A stretch of DNA of 64,000 nt from Micropepsaceae bacterium (GTDB lineage Bacteria > Pseudomonadota > Alphaproteobacteria > Micropepsales > Micropepsaceae). The stretch covers positions 1,891-65,890 of the forward strand of contig JBJXEH010000065.1 in assembly GCA_046153995.1 (NCBI GenBank), written 5' to 3'. Made by a program: the position numbers and the translations under genes. Numbering within the stretch: the stretch's first letter is position 1; every line of letters starts with the position of its first letter. The notes beneath the pieces were generated by a model that was given only the letters and a program-made list of their open reading frames with translations, did not search any database and was not told where the DNA came from. Below, in pieces: positions 55,058 to 64,000 of the stretch.

Positions 55058-55734
55058 GCGACTATCCTTAATGTTCGTTGGGCCGCGGCGACGCACGTTT
55101 CGGCGGTAATCCTCACGGCGTCCATCATCTGGCGCTCGGTCAATGTCGAGGCGTGTGGCACATGATGGCCGCTCGCCGCAAGCTTCGCCACCTGCGTATC
55201 AAGATAGGGGACATGGATGAACCCGGCGATCGCGGGGCCACCCTTCGCCGCGAGGGTCATCAAGCGGTAGAACGTCAAATTGCAGAGATAGTCGCCTGCG
55301 CTGTCCGATGGGCTCACCGGGATGCCGGCGGTCTTCAACGCCATCTCGATCTCGCGAAGCGGCAAGCCGGTCGCATAGCGCTCCCTACCGCTTTCAACGA
55401 CGCACGCGCCGGTCGCGCAAGCGCCGGTGAAGTCGGGCCGATCGGTTGCGACTACGTTGTGCGCTGTAGACTCAAGCGTCACGCCCGTCGCCTTCGCGCT
55501 GAGACCGAATGCGATGACGACATCCGGGCGAAGTTCATCGAGAAGCGGCTCCATCTCGCGTTCCCAGAGATCGAAGCGCACGGGAAGCGTTCGCGCGGTC
55601 AGTCGCGCGCCATTGGGCTGCCAGTTCTCGTGCCGAAGCCGTTCGACCACCCATGCCGTCGGGTTCACCGGCGCACCCGGGAAGACCGAGAAGCCGGTGA
55701 TGAGTACGTTGATGTTTTGCGGGCTGCGCATCAT
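55054..55734 (-). CDS. pcp: Pyroglutamyl-peptidase I (C15)
   Basis: VLITGFSVFPG N-terminus, SDSAGDYLCN (catalytic Cys context) and FIHVPY (His context). Confidence 0.8.
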   Translation of the reverse strand: MMRSPQNINVLITGFSVFPGAPVNPTAWVVERLRHENWQPNGARLTARTLPVRFDLWEREMEPLLDELRPDVVIAFGLSAKATGVTLESTAHNVVATDRPDFTGACATGACVVESGRERYATGLPLREIEMALKTAGIPVSPSDSAGDYLCNLTFYRLMTLAAKGGPAIAGFIHVPYLDTQVAKLAASGHHVPHASTLTERQMMDAVRITAETCVAAAQRTLRIVA

Positions 55735-55813
55735 GGCGTTATTGAAGCACGAAACGAATATTGCTCAAAGCGCGCGAAACCTGACGCCTTCAGCGAAATG
55801 CCGCTATTCGTGG

Positions 55814-57832
55814 TCACGGCGTGACGACCGGGAAGTTCGAGTTCACAGGGTCGATCATGCCTACCAGATCGGCGTAGGTGCTGGCATTGCCGGTGGACTT
55901 GATCGCGCCCGTTGTTGTTTTGAGGGTCAGTGGCACGCCCGCGAGCAACGTCTCCAACATGTCGGATCGCTTCATCGTCACCGTCGCGTCCGCCTCGTCG
56001 TCGCGCACCCCCTCTTCGTGGATCAAGACTGAGTTGGCGACGGAGATCAGGTGCGTTTCGTTCAGGTCGCTCAAGACCACGTTGATCTTCAGCGTCTTTC
56101 CAGCAGCCTTTTCCGGGTTGAGCCGGACCGCCGCGAAGTCGAGCATCATTGTGGTCGAGGTCGCGCGGATCAGTGACAGACTGATGCGCTGGAGTCCCGT
56201 ATCAATGATGCCATGGCGTAGTTCTTGAGCGCCCGTCAGATAGATATTGCGCCAGGTGCCCGCTTCCGCGCGGTAGCCGAGCTGCGTGTAGATGTCGGCT
56301 AGCATGGCCTTTGCCTTGGCATTGCCGGCATCTGCAAAAATCACATGATTCAGCAACATGGCGGCCCAGCGGTACTCGCCCGCCTTCTGCGCGGTGCCCG
56401 CTTTGGCGATCACTGCGTCAGCGCCGCCCATGGCTTGGATGTAGTTCGTCGCTGCGGCGACCGGCGGTAACGCGTTCAGCGAAGCCGGGTTCGCATCGTA
56501 CCAGCCCATGTAGCGCTGATAGACGGCTTTAGAGTTGTGACTCATCGTGCCGTAGTAGCCGCGATTGTACCATTCCTGCGCCAGCACCGTCGGCAGTTCC
56601 AGCTGCTCCGCGATCTCGATGCCCGTGAGACCGTTGTTCATGAGGCGGACTGTTTGGTCGTGCAGATATTTGTAAGCGTCGCGGTGCTTCGACAGATAGT
56701 CGTTGATCACGCCGGTGCCGAAACGCGGAATGCCGTGCGCCGCGAACATCACGTCGCTTTTGCCCGCGTAGAGGCGGATCGATTCGGTTAGGTAATCCGC
56801 CCAAGCCTTCGCGTCGCGGACCAGCGCGCCGCGCGCGGGAAGGATGTTGTGCATGTTGGCGTTCGCGTTCTCCGCCATGAAGACGGCGCGCATCTGCGGC
56901 AGGTAGAAGTTCATCTCCGCCGGCGCTTCGGTGCCCGGCGTGACTTGAAACGTCAGGGTGACGCCGTCGATCGTCATCTCCTGGCCGGTCTTGGCGATGA
57001 TGTCGGTCGGGGCGATCAGCGAGATCGACCCTGTCGAGAGGCCCGGCCCCAGGCCCGACGTCATCTCGCCTTCGGGCCCGCGGTTCAGCGTGATGCCGAA
57101 TTGGAAGCGCGCGCGGCGCGTCATGGCGGGGCCGGCGATGATGTTCTCGGAGACGGTATGCTCCATGAAACCCTCGGGCGCGATGATCTTGGTACGGCCC
57201 GCCTTCACATCCGCTTCAGTCGTGATGCCCGCGACGCCGCCGAAGTGGTCGCCATGGCTGTGCGAATAGATGACGGCGACAACCGGCCTGTCACCGATGT
57301 GTTTCTTGACGAGGCCGAGGGCGGCTTTCGCGACCTCCGCCGTCGTCAGTGGATCGACGACGATATAGCCGTTGTCCGTCACGATGAACGAGACGGTCGA
57401 GACGTCGAAGCCGCGCACCTGATAGATGCGGTCTGAGACCTTGAAGAGGCCGTGTTTGGTGATCAGTTGCGCCTGGCGCCAGAGGCTGGGGTTCGCGCTC
57501 TCCGGCGCGTCGCCTTTCAGGAAGTCGTAAGACGACACATCGAACGCGAGCTTACCCGCCTCGTCCGTAATTTTCGGGTTGTCGAGCGTTGCGATGAAGC
57601 CGCGCGCCGCGAAGTCGAAGTCCTGTTTGTTTGCGAACGGCAACTCCTTCAGTATCTTCTCGCGCACTTCTTTCGTCGACGTAGTCGCTTCGGCGACGAC
57701 CTCCTTGGGGATGCTGGGGGCCGGCGCGCCGAGCAGCATCGGCAGCACGCCGCGGAACATGTAAGCGAAGCCGACGAGGAGCAGGGCCGTGGCGGCGATG
57801 CCGATCGCCAATCCGCGTAAGAACGAACTCAT
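55814..57832 (-). CDS. Alkyl/aryl-sulfatase (metallo-beta-lactamase fold, SdsA1/YjcS-like)
   Basis: MBL motif YSHSHGDHFGG. Length of about 670 aa with C-terminal dimerisation and SCP2-like regions. N-terminal TM or signal. Confidence 0.8.
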   Translation of the reverse strand: MSSFLRGLAIGIAATALLLVGFAYMFRGVLPMLLGAPAPSIPKEVVAEATTSTKEVREKILKELPFANKQDFDFAARGFIATLDNPKITDEAGKLAFDVSSYDFLKGDAPESANPSLWRQAQLITKHGLFKVSDRIYQVRGFDVSTVSFIVTDNGYIVVDPLTTAEVAKAALGLVKKHIGDRPVVAVIYSHSHGDHFGGVAGITTEADVKAGRTKIIAPEGFMEHTVSENIIAGPAMTRRARFQFGITLNRGPEGEMTSGLGPGLSTGSISLIAPTDIIAKTGQEMTIDGVTLTFQVTPGTEAPAEMNFYLPQMRAVFMAENANANMHNILPARGALVRDAKAWADYLTESIRLYAGKSDVMFAAHGIPRFGTGVINDYLSKHRDAYKYLHDQTVRLMNNGLTGIEIAEQLELPTVLAQEWYNRGYYGTMSHNSKAVYQRYMGWYDANPASLNALPPVAAATNYIQAMGGADAVIAKAGTAQKAGEYRWAAMLLNHVIFADAGNAKAKAMLADIYTQLGYRAEAGTWRNIYLTGAQELRHGIIDTGLQRISLSLIRATSTTMMLDFAAVRLNPEKAAGKTLKINVVLSDLNETHLISVANSVLIHEEGVRDDEADATVTMKRSDMLETLLAGVPLTLKTTTGAIKSTGNASTYADLVGMIDPVNSNFPVVTP

Positions 57833-57956
57833 GTTTCTTCCCTCAGGTGCATTGTTTTAGGGAGGCTAGCCGAGCGTCGGCGGTTGGGGCAAATGGCCCG
57901 CCTGCGACGCTACGGCGCCAGCCTGCTTAGGGATGGTCGCTTAGGCTGAACGAAAC

Positions 57957-59120
57957 TTGTCGAGGTGGATCGTGCTGCGTCTTCTCAAATGGTTGTTTGC
58001 GTTGGCCTTACTTATTGGCGGGGCAGGGGCCGCGGTCTATCTCACCGGCAACACGCTGACCGTGATCGGATGGCTTTGGGGGCCGAAGCACGGGTGGGAT
58101 TTGTCCTTAAAAGCCCCCGCACTGGACTACCGCCAAGCGTCGTCGTGGGCGGCTTGGCCGGGCCGCGAGAGCGGGGCGCTCTATACGCCGCGCGGTGTGT
58201 TCGTTCCCGATGGCGCCAAGGCCGTCGATGTCTTCTTCATTCACCCGACTGGCTTCCTCAACGGCGCCGAGTGGAACTCGCCGATGAACCCGCAGAGCCG
58301 GACGGAAGAGAATACGAAGTGGATGATGGCGAACCAGGCGAGTGCCTTCAACGGCTGCTGCAACGTCTATGCGCCACGCTATCGCGAAGCTTCGATCTTC
58401 CGCTATTGGACGGCGCCAGAAGACATCGCACAGAAGACGATGGACTTCGCCTACGCCGATGTCGTTCGCGCGTTCGAGTACTACATGGCGAACGAGAACA
58501 AGGGTCGGCCGTTCATCATCGCGAGCCACAGTCAGGGGACATCGCACGCGCTCCGCCTGGTTCAGGAAAAGATCGACGGCACAAACTTGGAGGCGAGCAT
58601 GATCGCCGCCTATGTGATCGGCAGCCGCGTCACCAACGCCGAAGCGAACGCGCTGAAATCGGTGAAGGTGTGCGATAGCCCGACCCAAACGGATTGCATC
58701 GTGCATTGGGCGACGTTCGGCGAAGGCACCAAAGTACCGCCGGAGATGAGCGATCTCGTGTGCGTGAACCCGCTGACCTGGCGCCGCGACGGGGTGCGCG
58801 CGGAGGCGGCGATGCACCAAGGCGGCGTCGCGGCGAGCGGCAAGTTCTCGATGCAGGTTTGGGGCGACGATTCCCCGCAAGGCGTCGTGTTCGAACCGCT
58901 TGGCCCGCCGTTGCCGAAACTGACGTGGGCTGAGTGCAAAGACGGCATCTTGTGGGCTGCCGACCAGTCGAAGACACCGTTGGGGCGGCTCTCGCTGCGG
59001 GGGAACTACCACGGGCTCGACTATCCGTTGTTCCACATGGACATCCGCAAGAACGTGGCGGACCGCGTTGCGGCGTACCAGCAACGCGGCCCGGCGGGTG
59101 GACCGGGACCCGCGAAGTAG
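57957..59120 (+). CDS. DUF3089-family alpha/beta-hydrolase-like protein
   Basis: N-terminal TM. VDVFFIHPTGF, YAPRYREAS and IIASHSQGTSH motifs. Start uncertain (TTG 57957 or GTG 57972). Confidence 0.65.
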   Translation: MSRWIVLRLLKWLFALALLIGGAGAAVYLTGNTLTVIGWLWGPKHGWDLSLKAPALDYRQASSWAAWPGRESGALYTPRGVFVPDGAKAVDVFFIHPTGFLNGAEWNSPMNPQSRTEENTKWMMANQASAFNGCCNVYAPRYREASIFRYWTAPEDIAQKTMDFAYADVVRAFEYYMANENKGRPFIIASHSQGTSHALRLVQEKIDGTNLEASMIAAYVIGSRVTNAEANALKSVKVCDSPTQTDCIVHWATFGEGTKVPPEMSDLVCVNPLTWRRDGVRAEAAMHQGGVAASGKFSMQVWGDDSPQGVVFEPLGPPLPKLTWAECKDGILWAADQSKTPLGRLSLRGNYHGLDYPLFHMDIRKNVADRVAAYQQRGPAGGPGPAK

Positions 59121-60158
59121 TCACCATTCGCGGTGCTTTAGCTTCTGGGTGTAGGCGTTCTTCTGCATGCGCCCGAAGCGTTGATTGCGGGCGTGCGCTT
59201 TGGCGATACTTTCGCCAGTGCGGGCACCTTCGCGCTGTAGTTTCTGATAGCGCTTCAGCCGCTCAGTATCGAGCGTACCGGACGCGATCGCCGCCTGAAT
59301 CGCGCAACCCGGTTCGCTGACGTGCGCGCAGTCGCTAAAGCGGCAAGCCGACGCAAGTTCGGCGACATCGGGGAACACCTCGTCAAGCCCTTCGGCCACA
59401 TCCATAATTTGCAGTTCACGCATGCCGGGCGTGTCCATCAGCCAGGCGCCGCCCGGCAGACGGTGAAGCGAGCGCCCCGACGTCGTATGGCGCCCGCGGG
59501 AGTCGTCTTCGCGGATGTCTTGAGTTTGCTGCACGGAGGTGCCGCTGACGCTGTTGACGATCGTCGATTTGCCGACGCCCGACGATCCGACCAGCGCCAA
59601 TGTTTGGCCCCGCGTGAACCAAGGTTGAAGGCAGGCGAGGGCGTCGTCGCTTCGTGCGTCGAATGCCTCGACGACGAGACCGGGCATCAGCTGCCTGGCT
59701 TCGGCGGCGTAGCGCGCCGTGTCTTCGACCAAGTCGACCTTGGTGATCACCACAAGCGGCATCACGCCGGCTTCGGCGGCAAGCGCCAGATAGCGCTCCA
59801 GACGTGGCGTGTTGAAGTCCTGGTTCGCAGACGTCACTAGGATCAGCGTATCCACGTTGGCCGCGAGCAATTGGGTGCTGCGGCCGGTGCCGGCGGCTTT
59901 GCGTTTCAAGAGGCTTCGCCGTTCCAGCACACGCACGGCCCGCGGCGCGCCTGCTTCGACGAGCAGCCAATCGCCGACGGTTGCAACGTCTTCCTTTTCA
60001 CCGATGAGCGGCGTGACGCGGCCTTCAAATTCGGGACCCGCGACTTCTAAGGAATCGCGATGCACCGCCAACACACGGACAGGCCGCGTCGCGCTCCGCT
60101 CCTCATCGGCGATCTGGCTTTCGAAATGCGTGTTCCAACCGTAGTCTTTAAGTGTCAT
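59121..60158 (-). CDS. rsgA: Ribosome small-subunit-dependent GTPase RsgA (YjeQ)
   Basis: Circularly permuted GTPase: VITKVDL (G4) precedes LVGSSGVGKSTIVN (G1). Zinc knuckle CRFSDCAHVSEPGC. ATG 60158 preferred. Confidence 0.85.
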   Translation of the reverse strand: MTLKDYGWNTHFESQIADEERSATRPVRVLAVHRDSLEVAGPEFEGRVTPLIGEKEDVATVGDWLLVEAGAPRAVRVLERRSLLKRKAAGTGRSTQLLAANVDTLILVTSANQDFNTPRLERYLALAAEAGVMPLVVITKVDLVEDTARYAAEARQLMPGLVVEAFDARSDDALACLQPWFTRGQTLALVGSSGVGKSTIVNSVSGTSVQQTQDIREDDSRGRHTTSGRSLHRLPGGAWLMDTPGMRELQIMDVAEGLDEVFPDVAELASACRFSDCAHVSEPGCAIQAAIASGTLDTERLKRYQKLQREGARTGESIAKAHARNQRFGRMQKNAYTQKLKHREW

Positions 60159-60602
60159 GCGATCCGCGTGCGGATCGGGGTTCTTGCTTGTCACAGCGAT
60201 ATGTTCCGGTACCGGGCAAGTGGCCCGCGTGAATGGCTTGAGCGCGCAGACGCGCACTCGACGAAACGAATAGGGCTGAGACGGGAAGAAGGCGCCTTCA
60301 GGCGCAGATCGTCACGCGGTCAGCCCGCGGGGACACAACGGCATTGGGCATATGTCTCTCCTTCGGTTGACGAGCTGCGATTTGCCCAAGTTAGGCCGAA
60401 GTGGGGGCTATGGCAAGCAGGTAACTTCACGGCTGTACGACAATCGCGTAACGCAAGTGACGGCCGCCGCACGGCGCCATGCATCCGCCGCAATCGCTGC
60501 AACAACGTCAAATTCGCAGCTTAATCGCGTCGTTATCGGCGCGCATCTCTGACCCTCGCGAACGGCATTTTGGACCAGCCGTTCAGCTGAGGGATTTTCA
60601 AC

Positions 60603-62834
60603 ATGAAACCGTATCTGCTCTCGCGCGGGAGCCCTTGGGGCTCGCCGCTTATGCTGTTGCGCGCAAGTCTAATTTCAAGCGCAGCTATCTTGACCGCAAT
60701 TGCCGTTGGACCGGCCAGCCTCGCCCAACCGGCTCCGGCCGTGCAGCCTGAACCCGCCGTGCTAGTCACCCCCGACGACATGCACACCGGCGCGCTGCTG
60801 CTGAAGACGACCGAAGGCGGCAAGTTCTTGGAGGCGCCACGCCTCAAGACCGACGTCGCCATCACCATCACCGGCCCGACGGCGCGCGCCGTCATAACCC
60901 AGCGCTTTGAGAACCCGTCCGACAAATGGGTCGAAGGCGTCTACGTTTATCCGATGCCTCAGAACGCTGCCGTCGACACGCTGAAGATGCAGGTTGGCGA
61001 CAAGTTCCTGGAAGGCAAGGTGAAGGAGCGCGTCGAGGCCCGCCAGATCTACGAGAAGGCCGCCGCCGAAGGCTACAAGGCGTCGCTGATCGAACAACAG
61101 CGTCCGAACATCTTCACGAACTCGGTCGCCAATATCGGGCCGCGCGAAACAATCGTCGTGCAGATCGAATACCAAGAAGCCGTCCGGCTCGACGGCGACA
61201 AGTTTCAGTTGCGCGTGCCTCTGGTGGTGGGGCCGCGTTACATACCTAAGAGTGGCGAGCCGTTGCTCGTCGGCTACACGGACGACGCCGTGATCGCGGC
61301 GACGAATACCGTCGTCAAAGACGCAGACAAGATCACGCCGCCGGTGATCCATCCGAAGTTCGGGAAGATCAACCCGGTGTCGCTAAGCGTGAAGCTCAAA
61401 GCGGGTGTCTCGCTCGCCGCGATCGAGAGCGCGTATCACATAGCGAAAATCGAGCGGCCCGACGCGCAATCGGCAAACATCTCGATCGACGGCAACGTGC
61501 CCGCGGATCGGGATTTCGTTCTGAACTGGAAGGTGGCGGCGAATGCCATGCCGCAAGCGACGTTGTTCCGCGAGACGATTGGTACGGACAACTACTACCT
61601 CGCGATGATCGTACCGCCCGCCGGCACCACGAAGGTGCGTCAGCCGCGCGAGGCGATCTTTGTGATCGATAACTCCGGCTCGATGGCCGGCGAATCGATG
61701 CGTCAGGCGAAGGCGGCGTTGATCTTGGGACTTTCGAAACTGAAACCCGAGGACAAGTTCAACGTCATCCGCTTCGACGACACGTTCGACGTGCTGTTCA
61801 AGACGGCCGTACCTGCGAACGAGACGAACCTGAAGGTCGCGACGAACTTCGTGAGCGGCTTGGACGCGAACGGCGGCACGGAAATCTACGCCGCGCTGCA
61901 GGCGGCACTCGCCGACCTCACGCCCACGGATACGTCACGCTTGCGCCAGGTGATCTTCCTGACCGACGGCGCGGTCGGCAACGAAGACCAGGTGCTGGCC
62001 GAGATCAACAAGTCACTCGGCCGGTCGCGCCTCTTCACCGTCGGCATCGGTTCGGCGCCGAACTCGTTCTTGATGGAGCATATCGCGGGTCAAGGCCGCG
62101 GTACGTTCACCCACATCGGGTCGGAATCGGAAGTCGTCGAGCGGATGGCGGAGCTCTTCAACAAGCTCGAAAGCCCCGTGATGACGGACCTGCGCGTGGC
62201 CGACGGCGTGAAGCTCGAAACCTCGCCGAACCCGATCCCAGACCTTTATGCGGGTGAGCCGGTCGTGCTCACCGCCATCACTGGGTCGCAGTCGGGCAAG
62301 GTGAACTTGACCGGCCGTACGGGCACGACGCCGTGGTCAACGCAACTCGATCTCGCGACGGCCGTCGAAGGACGCGGCGTGTCCAAGCTCTGGGCGCGTT
62401 CGAAAATCTCGGGCATCGAGTCCTCACGCTACAAAGGTGGCAACGAAGGCGACATCGACGCGGCGGTGCTCAAAGTCGCGCTCGATCATCACTTGGTGTC
62501 GCGGTTGACCAGCTTGGTCGCCGTCGATGTGACGCCGAGCCGGCCGGTCGGTGAGCTACTCAGCAGCCATGAGATGCCGACGAACCTGCCGCACGGCTGG
62601 AACTTCGAGAAGGTCTTCGGCGAAGACCCGTCGAACCCGCTGATCAAAGCGTCGGTCGATCAGGACTTGCTCAAGAAACTCGCGGGGTCGACCAAGCCCG
62701 CGACAGCGAACGACGGCGAAGGCGTCCAGCTGCCGCAAGGCGACGCCGGGACCGTGCTTCAGTTGGTGATCGGCCTTCTATTCCTCTCCTCGGGTGTGAT
62801 GCTCCTCGTCATGCGCCGCAAACAGAAAGCCTGA
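60603..62834 (+). CDS. VIT-VWA protein with C-terminal sorting signal (marine proteobacterial sortase target type)
   Basis: Signal peptide. VIT domain (VITQRFENPSDKWVEGVYVYPMP...). VWA MIDAS motif VIDNSGSM. C-terminus LPQGD (62730-62744), then a hydrophobic helix and RRKQKA. Confidence 0.8.
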   Translation: MKPYLLSRGSPWGSPLMLLRASLISSAAILTAIAVGPASLAQPAPAVQPEPAVLVTPDDMHTGALLLKTTEGGKFLEAPRLKTDVAITITGPTARAVITQRFENPSDKWVEGVYVYPMPQNAAVDTLKMQVGDKFLEGKVKERVEARQIYEKAAAEGYKASLIEQQRPNIFTNSVANIGPRETIVVQIEYQEAVRLDGDKFQLRVPLVVGPRYIPKSGEPLLVGYTDDAVIAATNTVVKDADKITPPVIHPKFGKINPVSLSVKLKAGVSLAAIESAYHIAKIERPDAQSANISIDGNVPADRDFVLNWKVAANAMPQATLFRETIGTDNYYLAMIVPPAGTTKVRQPREAIFVIDNSGSMAGESMRQAKAALILGLSKLKPEDKFNVIRFDDTFDVLFKTAVPANETNLKVATNFVSGLDANGGTEIYAALQAALADLTPTDTSRLRQVIFLTDGAVGNEDQVLAEINKSLGRSRLFTVGIGSAPNSFLMEHIAGQGRGTFTHIGSESEVVERMAELFNKLESPVMTDLRVADGVKLETSPNPIPDLYAGEPVVLTAITGSQSGKVNLTGRTGTTPWSTQLDLATAVEGRGVSKLWARSKISGIESSRYKGGNEGDIDAAVLKVALDHHLVSRLTSLVAVDVTPSRPVGELLSSHEMPTNLPHGWNFEKVFGEDPSNPLIKASVDQDLLKKLAGSTKPATANDGEGVQLPQGDAGTVLQLVIGLLFLSSGVMLLVMRRKQKA

Positions 62835-62897
62835 TGCACCGCCACCCCTCCCTCGCGGCAACGCGGGGGAGGGGACCACTTTCCGGGAGACAAGAAG

Positions 62898-63707
62898 ATG
62901 TTAGCGCCAGCCGAAATTCTGCAGATGGAAGACGAAGATTTCACGCCAAGACGCCAAGGCGCGAAGAAGGAGGAAATAGTGAAACGCCAAGCACGCCAAG
63001 CCACTAAGCCTGATCTGTACAGCGGTTCTTCTGCGCGAAGCGCCTTTGTTGCGCGCTTCGCGCGCGGCGATGTCAACGGTGAGGCAAGGTGGCTTGGCGT
63101 GCTTGGCGTTTCAAACTCTTACTACTTCGCGTCTTGGCGTCTTGGCGTGAGTCTTTCTACGGCGTTTGCGGCGGCGCTCATCGTCGCCGGTGCATGTTTC
63201 CTTGGTCAGGCAGCCTACATCCAAGGCAAAGCCATGCTCGCGCAGGTGCTGCTGGATCGCGCATGGGAGACGACGCTCAGTTCTGGCAAATCGACCAAGG
63301 CCTGGGCGTGGGCAGACACCTGGCCGGTGGCTCGGATTTCGTTTCCGTCGTTGAGGCAATCCGCGATCGTGCTCGAAGAGGCGGGCGGCGAGGCGATGGC
63401 GTTTGGGCCGGCTCATGTCGCCGCGTCCGCTAAGCCTGGCGCGATCGGAGTCAGTGTGATCGGCGGGCATCGCGATACGCATTTCAGCTTCATCAAGGAC
63501 TTGAAAACGGGCGACGAAATCATGATCGAGACACCCGAACGAGCGACGGTTCGCTACCGCATGACCGGCTCGGCGATCGTGCACGCTGGTGCTTCCGGCA
63601 TCGCCACGAGTAGCAAGTCAAAGCGACTCGCGCTTGTCACGTGTTATCCGTTCGACGCTGTTGAGCGCGGCCCGTTACGTTACGTCGTCTTTGCGGAGGC
63701 GAAGTGA
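62898..63707 (+). CDS. Class GN (marine proteobacterial type) sortase; start uncertain
   Basis: TM AFAAALIVAGACFLGQAAY. GGHRDTHF (His) and LALVTCYPF (Cys) motifs. ATG 62898 has a good GGGAGA RBS, but the first 80 codons lie in the palindromic element. In-frame alternatives are GTG 63099 and GTG 63147, the latter giving about 186 aa. Confidence 0.75.
   Translation: MLAPAEILQMEDEDFTPRRQGAKKEEIVKRQARQATKPDLYSGSSARSAFVARFARGDVNGEARWLGVLGVSNSYYFASWRLGVSLSTAFAAALIVAGACFLGQAAYIQGKAMLAQVLLDRAWETTLSSGKSTKAWAWADTWPVARISFPSLRQSAIVLEEAGGEAMAFGPAHVAASAKPGAIGVSVIGGHRDTHFSFIKDLKTGDEIMIETPERATVRYRMTGSAIVHAGASGIATSSKSKRLALVTCYPFDAVERGPLRYVVFAEAK
62941..63150. repeat. 210-bp nested (three-tier) palindromic element
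   Basis: Outer arms 62941-62966 / 63125-63150 (25 of 26 complementary). Inner arms 62980-63004 / 63089-63113 (25 of 25). Central GCGCGAAGCGC...GCGCTTCGCGC hairpin. Arms are built from CGCCAAG/CTTGGCG heptamers. Confidence 0.85.
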
Positions 63708-63743
63708 TCGACAACCTGCTGGGCGTTATGCTTACTCCCGCGC

Positions 63744-64000
63744 ATGCATCCTCTCGACAAAGATACGGCGCTTGAGCGCCTCGCAGAGGGACGCCTCGCG
63801 GGGCACACGAGCAAACACTATTCGAATTTCAACGGCACATTCGGCGGCTTCACGGCGGCCGTGTTGCTTCGCGCAGTGCTGGATGACGCACGCCGGCAAG
63901 GTGTGCCTGTCGCTCTGACGGTCAATTATAGCGCAGCCCTGAACGAAGGTGCGTTCGGAGTCAGCGTGCGCGAGCGGCGCACCGGCAAATCCACGCAGCA
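63744..64000 (+). CDS. Thioesterase-superfamily protein (acyl-CoA thioesterase-like), 3'-truncated by the window end
   Basis: Open frame from ATG 63744: MHPLDKDTALERLAEGRLAGHTSKHYSNFNGTFGGFTAAVLLRAV... The N.G..GG..AA pattern resembles hot-dog thioesterases. Confidence 0.45.
   Translation, partial: MHPLDKDTALERLAEGRLAGHTSKHYSNFNGTFGGFTAAVLLRAVLDDARRQGVPVALTVNYSAALNEGAFGVSVRERRTGKSTQ

Noticed and set aside
58107-59084. 325-aa - strand ORF opposite the DUF3089 gene
   Set aside because: Shadow frame. The + strand product has a TM anchor and a nucleophile-elbow-like SHSQG motif.

Overview
GC-rich, densely packed chromosomal window, probably from an alphaproteobacterium (inferred from gene content and GC-rich codon usage). 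I support about 57 CDS, one tRNA-Ser(UGA), several intrinsic terminators, one candidate sRNA and a few structured repeats. I found no rRNA, CRISPR array, transposase or integrase. Layout: (1) 1-6.1 kb: secreted CXXCH protein, tRNA-Ser followed by short repeats, a LuxR-type regulator, two tandem paralogous small secreted 4-Cys proteins, an outer-membrane barrel and SCO1/SenC. (2) 6.2-17.0 kb: a complete, translationally coupled type II secretion system in the order F-H-I-J-L-M-C(like)-D-K-O-E-G, with a lipobox-bearing secretin. (3) 17-21.5 kb: CFA-synthase-like lipid-modification genes and an MFS transporter. (4) 21.5-30 kb: S46 peptidase, a 992-aa ORF fusing an ATP-grasp-like domain to an M32 carboxypeptidase, a close homologue of vertebrate paraoxonase (PON), an alpha/beta hydrolase and MurJ. 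(5) 30-39 kb: membrane proteins, an orphan-terminator sRNA candidate, a TPP enzyme, mtnB-mtnD-mtnC, a solute-binding protein and a DPAA-repeat membrane protein. (6) 39-57 kb: GS-like enzyme, PAS histidine kinase, PepN, PEP-mutase-family enzyme, RND pump with MarR, two acyl-CoA dehydrogenases, Pcp and an alkyl sulfatase. (7) 58-64 kb: DUF3089, RsgA, and a Gram-negative sortase with its VIT-VWA target, separated by a 210-bp nested palindrome. The most unusual items are the ATP-grasp::M32 fusion, the bacterial PON homologue, the LuxR-linked secreted paralogue pair next to the T2SS, the palindromic element inside the sortase locus, and the orphan terminator/sRNA candidate. All functional calls rest on motif recognition by eye. 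No database search was possible.
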